From the NCBI GenBank assembly GCA_000320545.1, contig ADNK01000008.1, positions 1 to 64,000 of the forward strand: a stretch of DNA of 64,000 nucleotides, read 5' to 3'. The DNA is from Bigelowiella natans CCMP2755. Lineage: Eukaryota > Protista > Cercozoa. Positions 40,924-54,617 of the stretch are shown piece after piece. The number at the start of each line of letters is the position of its first letter. Position 1 is the stretch's first letter. The notes under the pieces are model-generated. The model had not been told where the DNA came from, ran no database searches, and saw only the letters and a list, made by a program, of their open reading frames with translations. A program made the position numbers and the translations under genes.

Positions 40924-41779
40924 ATGGCACTGCATTTCAAGGGCATTACATGTAGCTTGGATCATGTGGTTCACTGCCAATGTAGGTCATCTTAATGAGA
41001 ATTCAGTCAACAGCTTTAGGAGGCATTTTCAATACTAGCAATGGAAACATGGCCACCTGCATTGAAGCGTATGTAGTTCTGTCCGGTCTGGATGCTTGCT
41101 TGCACATGCATTCCCTGCTGAGCAGCAGTGCTCAGACCACGCTGCCACGCACGTTTGACTTTATCATTCGGCGATGAGCGACACATGCATGTTGTTTCAA
41201 GTGCAACAAAGATGCACACAACACACCCCAGTATGCCTCAGAAAATGAGCAATCTATGCTAATAACGCCTGCAGCGTCTGTCAAACTAAGTCTAAAAGAT
41301 TTAAGGAAATTGTAGTACAGCTTCATTCAACGCAGGCTCCGCAATGAAAAGGAAAAACTAGCTGCGTTAAAGCCAGCTAGCACATTGATCGTATCGCCGC
41401 TCACATGCAGCCAGATGAGACATTCAAAACATATTTAAGCGCAAAGCAGTGGGTATAATCATCGCTGCTAGATCTACCTCCTGTCCACTATAATAGTTTT
41501 AAGATCGATCGATCACGAGCAAATGAGCGTGCATGGCCAAGAAATGTGGTAGACGACTGAGCAGGCGCCACACAATGCTAACAAGATGACGACCGATGGA
41601 TCGGAATGTTCGGCGAGGGAACAAGAGGAGATAGACGTACATACTGAAGTACTGCATATTAGCTGTGGGATTGGAAACGCGTATCATACACCGCCGGCTA
41701 TGCGACATTTGCTAGCTACACCAACACATGTATATCATGTAGACGACGTTCCAGGTCAGGCTCACTAAAATAATTTGCT

Positions 41780-41907
41780 TCAGCTCTGCATGAAAGCTTT
41801 AATTTCTTCGCTGTTTCCCGTGTAGGTCCCAGGTGGTGGTGCTGGTAGTGGTGGCGCTTGCTGCTCATAGCCTGCTTCACCGACTCGAGCGTCCATTTCT
41901 ACAAATG

Positions 41908-41952
<45 letters not shown>

Positions 41953-42324
41953 TAAGCATCTGCGAATGAGCTCGAAAACTTTATTCGTGATCTTCAAATA
42001 CTGCTGTTGCTGCTGCTGCTGCTTACGCTGCATCGCCTCGCATAATAACCAAACCTGAATTATCCTTGACGACCGTGAAGTTAAATTGCGCAAGGGACGC
42101 TTGGTTTGGATCCCAGCTTCCCCAATTTCCACGCTGCTGGAAGCGTCCCGACACATTGCGTCCATATCTCTCAGCTGCTCTGCTGCTATCGGTGCGAGTC
42201 ACCGCGAGGCGCTTTTGGGCATCTGACGACGTTGCACGCATTGGTGTCAGTCAGTTGGTGGCTACCATCCTTTCCGTCTTGCCGTTACTTCTTCCTTGTC
42301 CCCCTCCCCCCCTTCCTCTCTGTT

Positions 42325-42362
<38 letters not shown>

Positions 42363-42829
42363 CTACCTTTGAATAAAGCGCCATCCACGCTCTCACCCAC
42401 AACTCCAAGTTTCTTCCTCACAGTCGTCCACAGGAATTCGTCCGCAGTCCCTACGGATCAAGACAAAAAGAAGAGGAAATAGAAGAAGAAGATATTGTCA
42501 AGTTCTTGGTAAATAGGACGACGAGGAGGAGGAGAATAATGGCGACGACATCACCAATGCTGACCCTCTCCTCAACCCTTTGCCCCCCTCCCCCCCCCCC
42601 TATCTACAATTGACAACCTGGAGCAAGCAAGTAATGGATTTCCACCGGAAAGCGTTGCCCGACACGATGAGCGCGATCTTCGGCCTAGGATGATGGATGG
42701 ATATCATTAGTAGTAATCACAAGGAGGAGGAGGTGGTGGAGGAGGAGGAGGCAAGGTTGTGATCAAAGCCAGATATATGCCCGCTGTATCATCTTCACTT
42801 GGTTTCCTGCACCAAAATGCTGCACACAG

Positions 42830-42880
<51 letters not shown>

Positions 42881-43621
42881 AGAGAGAGAGAGAGAGTGAG
42901 AGAGAGAGAGACCTGTATAAGATCTCCAGGAGTCCATGTAAGCTCTGCAAATGCGACGTGTCTGGCAGCTGTTAGAGTTATGCCGACTCCGCCAGCAAGC
43001 ACAGACAGCAGCGCAACACGCACCTTCATTTACAAAACCATCATCATCATCATCATCATCATCACCACCATCGAATTGTGAGTCACTTAGGGTTATAGGA
43101 TAAAAATCAAAGTAAATTGTCGTAACTCCGTGCATTTGACAACACATCTTAGACGACAACACTGGATCCGACCGAGGGGTATTTATTCATTTGCCCCGCA
43201 AAGCAACCATTATGAAAACAAATACATATACCGATTATTTCTACCATGCCCACGTAATCCTCTCTGTTTGCGCGCGCGCGCGTGGGTGTGCGTTGTCGTT
43301 GGAATGTTGGTAGTTTTCGTGTTTGTTTTGCATCGTTGGCGCACAAAGTAGTAGCACCTACCTTATCACTGGTTTGGAACAGATTCACCCTCTTCGCTCG
43401 CTCTTGGCTGCTTGTCGTCCCGTCGATTCTTATATACGATATGTTCTTGCACAGCTCTTCCTCAAGGCCGTCGAGGACCTTACCATATCAGACATAATAG
43501 CACCGACATTTGAGTCCCCGCTCAAAATTAAGAATGATCAGTATGACATTCGAATGAAGGCTGATATGTAATCAGGACTGAGAAAGACTGCCGACAAGTT
43601 ATTTTCATTACTCGCTCTCAC

Positions 43622-43719
<98 letters not shown>

Positions 43720-43946
43720 GCACTCTCCTACCTCCTTATGATGTGCAAAAATCAAGAGCTTTCCATTTGACTGTTCCGAAGCTGTTTGGACGAGAGGCAT
43801 GAGCTTGCTGATCATGCCAGGAAGCTTTGCTGGTCCTGTCGCTCGATAGATTGCGCTGTAGAATGATGGAATTTATATTATTACAAATCATCATATGTAT
43901 TCACTTAATTTGACATATGCTCGCGCGCACGCGCACACGCACTCCT

Positions 43947-43982
<36 letters not shown>

Positions 43983-44878
43983 ACGCACACGCACTCCTAC
44001 ACACACACACACACACACACAAAGGCATTCTTTCTCAGTTTATTTGTTTTTGAGGAAAAAGACAGTGACCACCCCCTCTTTCAAACTCACCTTATGAGCG
44101 AGTCCTTGAGCTGCGACATCTTCGCAGATTTTGGCAGGTCCTCGAGCTCCGCCATTAAAGCTTCAACAGGTGCCCTGAAGGCACACGGTCAAATCACCAC
44201 CCAATCGTGTACATTGCAATGTTGCTTTCCACAAAAAACATCTTCAACAACAGAATCGAACACCACACATTATTTTCTGCCCTAGAAGGACTGCTTGGCG
44301 ACATCATTATCGTTGGAGATGTCGCTCATTTAGTGCGCATTACTGTACGGTTGTTGTTGTTGATGATGATGTTCTCTTTATGTTCTCTTTTCCCACCTTT
44401 GAGCAGCTGTCAGCTGTACCGTAATGACCTTACGAATCTGTCGAATACAGCGGTGGGGCATGATTCAACAAATATTATCTATTACTCACAAAGATAATAA
44501 TTTGTAGTATTATCGGCATCCTCTTAATCCACAAATATATAAATGATAATGATACCCCCTACCCCCCCCCCCCCCCGACCTTAGGTGGAAGGTCCTTCAG
44601 AACGTCCTTCTTCAAGCGTCGAATTAAGAGATTCTTCTTTAAGACTGTATGGAGCTCTCTGTGATCATATTCAGCAAATAGCGGAATTTCTCTCATGTCT
44701 CCCCCCCCCAACCAAAAAATGTAAATACGATCGAAAATCTAAACACGAAACACACGATGTGGTGGTGGTAGTGGTGACTGCGCTATTCGTGATTTTGGAA
44801 CTATTGAGCAGCTGTGTGGAGAACAAAGGTGTCCGGCTTCACGATGTTCCAAACTAACACTGCTATCTGCTGCTACTG

Positions 44879-44911
<33 letters not shown>

Positions 44912-45123
44912 GCTATTGATGTCATGATAAAAGTGGGTGATTGGCGGACTTTTCGAATGAGCTGCCTCGATACGCTAATTGCTGCTGCCACTTCGGTTTC
45001 CTGCGTCCATTAAGGGTGGTGCTGCTGTCTTGATGATTCCGTCGTTGGTCTTTTGGATCACGACAATACCTCTCCCCGAACTCCTTTGCGTTCCCGAGCA
45101 AACCTGAGTAGTAGCAGCAGTAA

Positions 45124-45155
<32 letters not shown>

Positions 45156-45736
45156 AACGTGAGATGACTTGAGGGAGTAAGTACGTCGAGAGCCATCTTT
45201 CTTCGTTGTCTCTTTCACCAGGTTCTCTCACTGACACGCGTGTATTAATTTTGGCCGTTGTTTCTCCTTCCTTCTTGTCGATCGTCATATACGTTGTGAG
45301 CATCATATACGCAGTGATTATCTAAGCGTCGATCGCAAACAAGTAGCAAACAGTCGACCCATTAATAGCCACCTGGGCGAATGGCGTCTATTTGTGGAAA
45401 GAGCTCCAGCGGTCTCGACAACGCCGGTGTTCCAGAAACAAGGATCACACGGCGGGCCTTCTTTAGGAGAGGCAGCAAGAATCGAGTCCGCTGCGTTTTG
45501 TTCAGATCAAATACCGCAAAACAACGGCGAAACCACAGTGGTGGAGAACATGTCAGTATATGCAACAGTACGCGTTCATCATCATATGACCATGGCTCAG
45601 ATTGGAGGAACAGCAGCAGTTTTGTCGACTACCTGTGCTTCCAGTGTTTTGATGTGATGCGATTCGTCGCATATTATCACCTACGGGTCCACACCGCTAC
45701 TGTTCAATTATGCTTCTATCGAAAACACAATTCAAG

Positions 45737-45781
<45 letters not shown>

Positions 45782-46008
45782 ACAGGCAGTAACGCTCCCC
45801 CTTCTCCGTAGAACAACCTGGTAGCGACTTCTGTGCGACATCTTCTGAGCAAGATCGTAAGAGATGATGGTGATTTTGCGTTCGTTGACTATACGAGGTC
45901 CCATCTTCAGAATGCCCCCAAGCTCCAATATATCACTAAACAACGAGGACAAGCATTAGTTTCTTCCTACAAACATCTCTTAACACAGAGGCACTGCTCC
46001 GGAAAAGA

Positions 46009-46039
<31 letters not shown>

Positions 46040-48101
46040 GATTGTAGCGAAAACCGAGAACTTGCACAGTTAAATGAATGTGATATTATGAAAAGGTCCA
46101 AGTAGCTAATAGTGAGGGAGTAGGGCACGGTATCTTGTCACATTTGGACAACAAAGAACTCAACGAACTTCCCTCCCATTATTATCCTATACTTATTCTT
46201 CACGAAAGACGAAAACACTCTCCATCATTGTTCGGAAAAGCAAGAAGATGATTCTGTGCTTAATCCTGACTTTCCGCTATTTATGACAGTAATTCTCCCC
46301 CTCATATCTTCTGGGATCCAAGCTTCAATCTGGAATTTCCAAGTTTGGCGAACTGCAGAGGGACAAACTACGAGAAGGGGCCTTCCAGCAAACAAACGAG
46401 CAATCAACACAACAAACTACAACAGGCAGAATTCATTCTACAAGAATCTAGGCCTGAAACTATATCATTCCTATCTTCTTTCTTTCACCACTGCCACCAC
46501 CACTTCTTCTACTACTACTACTACTACTACTACTACTATCATACCAATCATCATGATAAGCTAGAGCAATAGCTATGGCTTGAATGGTTTTCCCCAGCCC
46601 CATTTCGTCCGCCAATAGTACACGCCCCCCATGTAATAGGCCAAAGAGCACTCCCTCTGTCTGAAAGGGATAGAGCCTTTTGCGAATATCACCAGGTATT
46701 GCATCGAATCTGGCATCGGCTTCGTTTTTGAGTTTCGCTTCTCGCTTCTCCCCTTCCTTCATCGCTTTTATAGCTCTTGGGTGTATTTCCTGCAAGACAA
46801 ATCTGTCTTCAAGCTCGCGAAATCTTTCCGTGAGGAGCTTGAGTCCGGGCTCCATTCTGAAAATCCAGACAGAATCCTGCCAGGAAGTAGTAGTAGTAGG
46901 TAGGTAACAGTCGAAAACAGAGTGGACCATACTTTGACAATAAGAACACACAACAACGAACCGCACTTGGGAAGACACTAAATTGCAATAGGAGCAAATA
47001 GAGACAATGGGAGATGAAATCAAAGGCATCAAACCTCTCGCTTCCATTCAGCTTTACATTCAGGTGGCAGCGATCTAAAATATGTATGAATGTAATCTGT
47101 TCAATCTATCGAAGGGGGGGGGAAGACCTGTATAAGTTTACGAGCTCCTGGTTGAATACCGACGTCGCTGAGAACCAGCCGAACGTCCAAATAGACAACA
47201 TTACCCTGACCTAGGCAATTGTAAATTTCTCCCATAATAAACAATATTGATTGCTGATTACGATGTCCCTATATACCTTAGAGTTGTCGTCTTCGAGAAA
47301 CTCATCATTTCCAAAAGCTTGAAATAACTGATCACCACTTTCGTGGGATGATACGTCATCGTCGCTGTATCTGCCTGATAAGATATTTATCGTCAAGAAA
47401 ATCACGCACCCTGAAGAATGCGAAGTTAAAATACCATCTTGGTTTCGGACCATGTGTAACGTTCGAGCAACTTTTGCTCGTTGATTGCGACCAATCATTT
47501 CAATTGTCTGCAAATTGTCGCTTTGTTAGTGTATATTTGTTTGACTGTGAGTGGATTTGCAACCTTAGATGGTTGAACCCTTCGCATCGGCTCTACTTTC
47601 GAGGATCTTTTATAACCACCTGTGTTCACCATCGAACTCTTATCGTCAGCCCATGCAAAATATTTGCACTGAGGCGACTCAGCGCACACATAAAACCACC
47701 GTCCCTGGTTAGGTCCAGCCTGTGTAGCAAACATTGTGAATCCAATGCTGCTAACTTCTTTGTCTCCATCGATACCTTCTTCACTTGACGAGTGACGCTT
47801 CTTTTTTGGTGACCATAACATAAAGGAGGCTGTCCCAGGATTGGAGGTTGTTCTATTGGCTGACGATCGAGCGAAATTTTGAGGAAATTTGATTCTCTTG
47901 CCACCGGGGAGCCAATGTGAAGAACATGCGAAAGGGAGACAACCGTTGCAACTCCAAAGAGAAAGTATCGAAGACGCATTCTTAAGAAGTACATCCTTGC
48001 TCTGGAAGCAATGTAATAATTAGATGTCATAATATCTTATTGAAAAACAGCGGTAACCTGAAAGAGGGCATCGAGGAAGTAGAAGAGATCGATGAAGACA
48101 T
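41780..48101 (-). CDS. SNF2-family helicase, SMARCAL1/ZRANB3-like, with N-terminal GRF zinc finger and HARP-like segment
   Basis: [99 protein letters not shown]|[18 protein letters not shown]. The N-terminus reads PPLCYGH..TRQVKK|[20 protein letters not shown]. Start is 48101 or a nearby downstream ATG. Confidence 0.9.
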
Positions 48102-48416
48102 CACAGGCGACGTTAATAACGAGAAGAGATGAAAGGTTTCAAAATGAGGGGGGCACAAGGGCCTACGGAGATCGACGAATTTCGCATGGATGAGGCTAGA
48201 GCCGCATGTGGAGTGGTTGCATAGGATCTTCATGGATCTTTTGATGTGAGCTGTGCACCATCATCATCGTGATGATGCTCCAGGAATTTGATCATCGAAG
48301 TCGAATAGCAACACAGGGATTAATTGCCACAAAATTGCCTGCGTTTTATACAAAATTCCCCAGTCGCAAAGGAGTCTTCTCCCGGGCAAGATTTTGGTGT
48401 TTGGGAAACCAAACAC

Positions 48417-48428
48417 CTTCGCGGGAAG
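48417..48428. promoter_or_regulatory. E2F-like overlapping site CTTCGCGGGAAG in the helicase/DBF4 bidirectional spacer
   Basis: Reads TTCCCGCG on the minus strand and TTCGCGG on the plus strand, close to the TTTSSCGS consensus but imperfect. Confidence 0.3.
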
Positions 48429-48634
48429 AGTGCGGGCATCAGGGATTCTCAGTGAATCCCCAAGGAGGTGAACACACGTAGGCGATCTTCAGAGAAAATG
48501 AACGTCTTTGTTCCATTTAAAATAAAAAAGGAGACAAATTCACGCGCTCCTCCACGATTCATTCCCCTTTCCTTGACACAACCGAGGTCCAACAACAAAC
48601 CAACGTCCCACGAAAGACGGAGTGTTCTATCAAT

Positions 48635-50447
48635 ATGGGAAAGAAGAAGTCCAAGGCGAATACAAAGGATGTCCCGCTCGAATGTACACCGCTAAGGAAT
48701 CCTTTCAAGGGCGAGAACGTGTTCTTGGACATATCATCAACCAAGAAGCTCAAAGCAATCCAGGCTCGTTTGGAAGTCGCTGAAATGGTACATTTCGAAT
48801 TTCCGAACCTACTTCTGTGGTTGCTAACACATCGTATCTCAGCGAATAGTCCCCAGTCTAGACAGGGAAGTCAGCATTTTGGTACGTCTTTACGAATCCG
48901 TCAAAGGTTTCTTAATCTCACAATGCACAATGAACGAAAAGGTTACGGACCAATGCATTCGAAGGCCTACGCGGCAGAAATCCAGCCAGGTAATAGTTTG
49001 TAGTAATTTTTAAATTAAGTTTTAGGTCACAATGCGGATTCTTTTAATTAGAGCAAATCGAGCTCTAGAAGCCTGAGAGGGCATAAGCTATTTGAAGCTT
49101 CTCTAAAAAAGGCGAAAGGGGTATTCCAAATACATTTCTCGGATCGATTCTTTTCTTATTGACTGTTACAAATTTATAAGGATTCAACGCAAGTGGTGAA
49201 CATAGTCAACAAAGCTGAAAATATGGGAATAAAAGTTTACAGTTGTGAAAGAATAGAGCGGGTTAGTTTTCAAAAAAATAATATGCTTTCTGTTTAATTG
49301 ACTAGAATTTTACGTTAGGAATTGGATAAGTTAGGCATCTTACATCAATCTCAAAATCAAGGTGTGTATGAATTTCACCGATAAAGATTCATAAGATTTA
49401 GTTGGTGTTATTATTGACATCAGTGCGCAAAAAAGGAACGAAGAGAAGAAGATATCCAAAGTTAATCCTTGGGGACTTAAGTGGTCGCTATGCAGCAATA
49501 GTCAAAGACTTTAGGTGCGCTTCAATCCAGAATTTCCAGAATATATCTTGAATCTCTTGTACTTTCAGCGGTATCGACTCTGGATCGACATATCCGGAAA
49601 TGAATGTGGATGCTAAGGAAGGAGAATGCCCTTTCCTCCCGAAGAAAAGGACAAAGTCGGCCAAATCAAAGGCAAAATTTGATCAAAACTGGAAGTTGAG
49701 AGGCTATTGCGAGTGTTGCTCAGAGCATTATACCCGGGGACTTGCAAAACATGTGCTATCCTCAAAACATAAGGTAGTACCATGTTGGTTGCGTTTATAT
49801 ATAATTCCTGAGAGTCCGAAAATATTTTGTCAGGCATTTGTGAATAACCGATCCAATTTCAAACAACTCGATGAGTTGTTTCTAGTTGTAAATAAGGAAA
49901 TAGAGACCTCAAGCCATGGTCTCACGAATAATGTGAAAGAAAATAGAACTCATCCTGATTCGCAGAAGACCAGAACGAGTCGAAAGACTCCACTTTTAGC
50001 ATTAGAGAAGGTCTGGATGCATAACACATCAACAATTGCAGATTTCTGAATTATTTTTACTTTCGGTAGAATACAATTCAACCTTCGAGACCCTGCAAAG
50101 AAATTTCTGGGATTACAAAGGTTATACTTTCAGCTAATCATCATACGGACAGCCTACTAATATTGACTTTTCAGATGATGCAAGAAGCAACGCCTAGTCG
50201 AAGTTCAAAATACATTTTGAAGAAAAGGAACAGACCTTCAGCATCTGGTGACACAGCGGGGGGAAAGCAGAAACACGTCGAAATAATAAAGTCTAAATCA
50301 TCTTCTCCGCCGAACAAAAGGTCAAGAACGGAAGTTCTAACACCACCTCCGGCAATATTCAGCAACGATTATATGCACTCCCCGATCGACGATGATGGGC
50401 AAAAGTCCTCAGATAGGGTACGAGATGGTAACGAAGTATATTGTTGA
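48635..50447 (+). CDS. DBF4: Dbf4/ASK-like regulatory subunit of Cdc7 kinase (DDK)
   Basis: Motif N/BRCT-like: NVFLDISS..|RIVPSLDREVSIL|..IVNKAENMGIKVY. Motif M: PKLILGDLSGRYAAIVKDF..PEMNV..GECPF. Motif C zinc finger: GYCECCSEHY..KHVLSSKHK|AFVNNRSNFKQLDEL. The last exon may end at ~50499. Confidence 0.85.
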
Positions 50448-51415
50448 CGAAGCTAATAGAGCTTTGGTCTGTGCAGTGAGGACAAAATGCGAACTGTGAA
50501 ATAGAATTTATTATAAGTGAAAATGACATTCCATCGTATATGCACTGTACTGAAAGCGGTAGCCGTCGGCAGGTTGCATATAACCGCAGCGCAGCGCATG
50601 TTATCCGACGATTCTTATTATAAGCTACTATCCTACCAATGCCATACGCTACGCGACAACCCATATTGCCACTTACTGGCAAGGCACTGTTTGTATAAAG
50701 GTACGGCACTGAAGCTATGCGCTTAAGCGTCCGCACCGTTGTAAACAATGAAAGCAATTCGCTATGCCCACGCTGGCTGGGCTTGCAAGCACACCATTGG
50801 TGCATGCTAGCATGCTAGCATGGCTGTGCATCATTGCTACTAATGAAGCTCGTACATGTTATGATACCGAGCATGACCAGCCTAGCTAGATGCCATTGCG
50901 TACGTAGGCTGCACTAGTGTAGGCAGAAAGCGCGCTATGACAAAAGCATATTAGATGCTGCTGGTTTAGCTAATTCACTTAAACAAATTATTGATACGTG
51001 GTCATATGCAGCTAGAATGCAACTTACCCAGCTAGCTGGGGTTCCAGGAATTTACGTACGTAAGCTTCACTAGTTCACTCTCTGCACACGCACACACATG
51101 TTACTAAGCGTATCACATCTGATCGACGACAGCACTCATAGTTCAATGCCGTTGCATGCAGCTAATTACGTATATCACCAGCTATAGCGCTACACGTATA
51201 CATTTGGCAGGGCGTAGCAACATCGGTAGTTTGAAACTTTAATAATATCGATCGAATGGATGCTTGACTTGCACATTTTGACATGCGCTCACTCTAGAAG
51301 GTAAGGTACATTATGCGTGATTCACAATGTGAGCTGGCTACAAAAACTCACTGCAACGTCCATGACCAAACAATGACTGCAGCACAAGTTAATACATCAT
51401 ATGTATTGTCATCAT

Positions 51416-52515
51416 TTAATAGAGACTTGTTTGCTTCATAATAGACATGAACTCATCCAGGCTGATCTTTCCATCCTGTTGACCAGATATATCGTTAGCG
51501 TAATGAAAGACTGATTTTTTGCTGTCTTCTGCAATAGTGACCTGGTCTGTATCAAATTCCTCGATCATAGCAGTGAGTTCTTCATCTGAGAGAACCTCGC
51601 CCTAATTCATAAATTAATTTCTGTGATTTTACATAGCAGTAAACTTAATGGCAGATAAACCAGTTCTCTCGATACACGGCGCAGGTTTTTCATCGATATG
51701 AATCCGGTATCGTCGTCGTCAAATAGAGCGAAAGCCTTCTTCATTTCCTCCTCGGGGTCACGCTGAAGGACCTTTTCCCCCATGATCTCTGCAAAATCAG
51801 CATATGAAATTTTCCCGGTCTGGTTCCTACACAGGATAGGAGGACAACATTCTTTATCAGGGATTGAAATTTAAGAAATTTTAATAAGAATGCCTACCTG
51901 TCGTACTCTTTCATGATTTTCACAACCTCTTGCTTCTGAACATTAAACCCAAGAGCTCGCATTGCGACCTTCCCAGTAAATTGCAAAGGAAATTAAAATT
52001 GAATATATACAACATACAGTTCCCATCTGGAATCTAAAACTTGATTTATTTCATAGTACAACTGGTTTCATTAGTTTGGTTACCTTGAGTTCATGGTAAT
52101 CAATACTGCCCGTCTTATCCGTATCGAAGAGATCGAATGCCTATGTCATTTATTTATTGATCAATTTTTATTCTAGCATTTGCAACTAGACAATAGAGAC
52201 CTCCTTAATCTCCTGTTTTTGTTCTTCTGTGAGGGTTGGTCTGGTAGATTTCCCACCTGCACAAGCAAGCAAATGTAATGACCAAAAATCGTGGGAGGAA
52301 GAACGAAGTCCCAATTGAAAATAGAATAGCGTTTCAGAACATCTTACACTAGATGAGTATTAAAATTTTACGATCGCAAAATGAATTTTCCGAATCGCAT
52401 CCCCATAACAATGTAAATGCTGACCCAGGTGCAGATACAGTAATTCCCATATATAAGTTCCCCTCTCTCCCGTAGTTCCTACTATCCCTTCCCAATCACT
52501 TATTATATTTTTAAA

Positions 52516-52560
<45 letters not shown>

Positions 52561-52722
52561 CCCTACTCAACATGGGCAATCCTCCAAAAACTGAGAATGG
52601 GTCTTTTTCTTCCCATTATTTCATTTTGGTGAAATTCTAATAAATGATTCATTCCTATTTTTACCCTTACGACGGCTGTACTTGCCAAAGCCAAGTCCGT
52701 GCTTTGTTTCCGTGGACAACAT
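51416..52722 (-). CDS. CETN3: Centrin, CETN3/Cdc31 type
   Basis: MLSTETKHGLGFGKYSRRKG|GKSTRPTLTEEQKQEIKE|AFDLFDTDKTGSIDYHELK|VAMRALGF..RDPEEEMKKAFALFDDDDTG..NLRRVSRE..LTAMIEEFDTDQ..DGKISLDEFMSIMKQTSLY*. Confidence 0.92.
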
Positions 52723-53459
52723 TCTCAGTATGGGCGCCTTCTTAGACTCAGCTTTAACTTCTCGCCTTGTTCTGTTCCCGCCATATCCCTCTTTGTGCAG
52801 ACTAAAATGCTAATGTGGTAAAAATCATCTGATTTATGACATACGTCATGAGGATACTAGGATTTCCAAACAAATTAAGCTAGATCAACCCTTTGAATAG
52901 TGTGATATCAGGATCTTAAAATGTGGAAGCAGATCATTTTCTACCAAGAATGTACGTAAAGGACATTTTGCTGGGAAAGTGTTGTCTCAAGTTTAAATTG
53001 CATGGAAATGGGTCAAGTTCAACAGCATCAGCTTTTTGGCGCGTCACTGTTGTTATTGTTGTGAAAACGAGTGAAAAACGAAAGACATCCTCAAAACCGG
53101 AGGGGTTTGGATCTACGACTAAGTGAATGAACGCATAACGCACTGGGTTTATCCGAAAATAATATTTGGAGATTGGAATGCTCCTGAGAACGCATCAAAA
53201 CGAGCACTGTACAACAGCTCCAAGAATATGCTGAAGCAAGTCTCTTTTATTCATGCGACAATATTTATAATCAATATTTGCTATTAATTTGCAAGATTTC
53301 TTCCTCAATATTTGCATGCGCGGTGGGCCTCACCGACACATACGATATCGATTATCTTGTGCTTTGCTTGCTTTATAACACAGCTAATGCAACGCTTTAA
53401 TAACAGTCTCAGTAACACACAAGACACGGTGTTTCGAAGTACACGTCCTTGTGTCTATT

Positions 53460-54579
53460 ATGGTTTTCCTTTCGTTCGGATGGACAGCGCAAAGAGTGGC
53501 AAGGTTTGAAGTACTGCGTTCATTCCGAATCCTCTGATTGTATCTTTCGAAATGTGTTGCCTTTGAAGGAAAAGGATTCGGAATTTCTCGGGGACATCTC
53601 GATTTCTCACGTCATCTCCCGGTCTTAATGATAAGAGGGGCACAGCTGTGGTAATCGGGGGGACCGGATATGTTGGGTCACACGTAGTCAAACAACTACT
53701 GAGCAAAAACTATCGCGTTCGAGCCACTTCTCGGGATGCAAAGAAAGCGGCCTGGATTAAGAATATATTGTCACCAACCTCTGCTCAGAATGAAGCAAAC
53801 AAGGGAACAGGAGAAAATGAAAGCGATGTCGAAATCTTCGAGCTTAGCTTGTCAAACACTACCCCCACCGATGCCAAGATGGACTCCCTCCTCAATGGGA
53901 CTGATGCTGTATTTTTCTGTGCTGGCTTCGAAAGGCAAGATCCATCAACGATAGATTTTATGGTTAACAACGCACAGGCTACAATCCAGGCTGCCAAGCG
54001 TCAAAAGGTTTCATGTGTCGTCCTGACCAGCAGCGGAGGAAGCACAAATCCATCTGACCACCCCAACGAGGTCCCAAAAAAGGAACATGAACATTGGAGT
54101 GACCCAGAATCACAAAAACAACGTGGAAGATTCTCCCCGGCTGCAAAGACACTAATGGAGATTCATGCCCTGGCTGCCGTTGGAAGGAATCAGGCCAACC
54201 AGATCGTTCAACCGGAGAAAGCCAAAGATGCGCCAAGACTTTGCATAATGAACCCCAACCTCATCCTCGGTCCACAGCTACACCCGGGGCCAATTTCAGG
54301 CAACTCACTACCTTGGATTGTGCGAATTCTAAAGGGAGAGGCCATGAACGAGACCATACCTAACGACTCCATGAGTATCATTGATGTCCGAGATCTGGCT
54401 CTTTTGCACGTGGCCTGCTTCGAGAACGAGGATGCGTCAGGAAGGTCTCTAGTCTATAATTGCAAGTGCCTGTCTTTAGAAACACTGAAAACTAAATTAG
54501 ATATTTGATAATTGGTATCACGTATTGGAAATATGTGATACGAGACGCTGCGACTCATTATGTTTCTGCAACATATTTG

Positions 54580-54617
<38 letters not shown>

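Noticed and set aside
52723-53150. Separate gene or long N-terminal extension upstream of centrin
   Set aside because: An in-frame splice is possible, but ATG 52722 already gives a normal-length centrin N-terminus and I saw no recognisable motif upstream.
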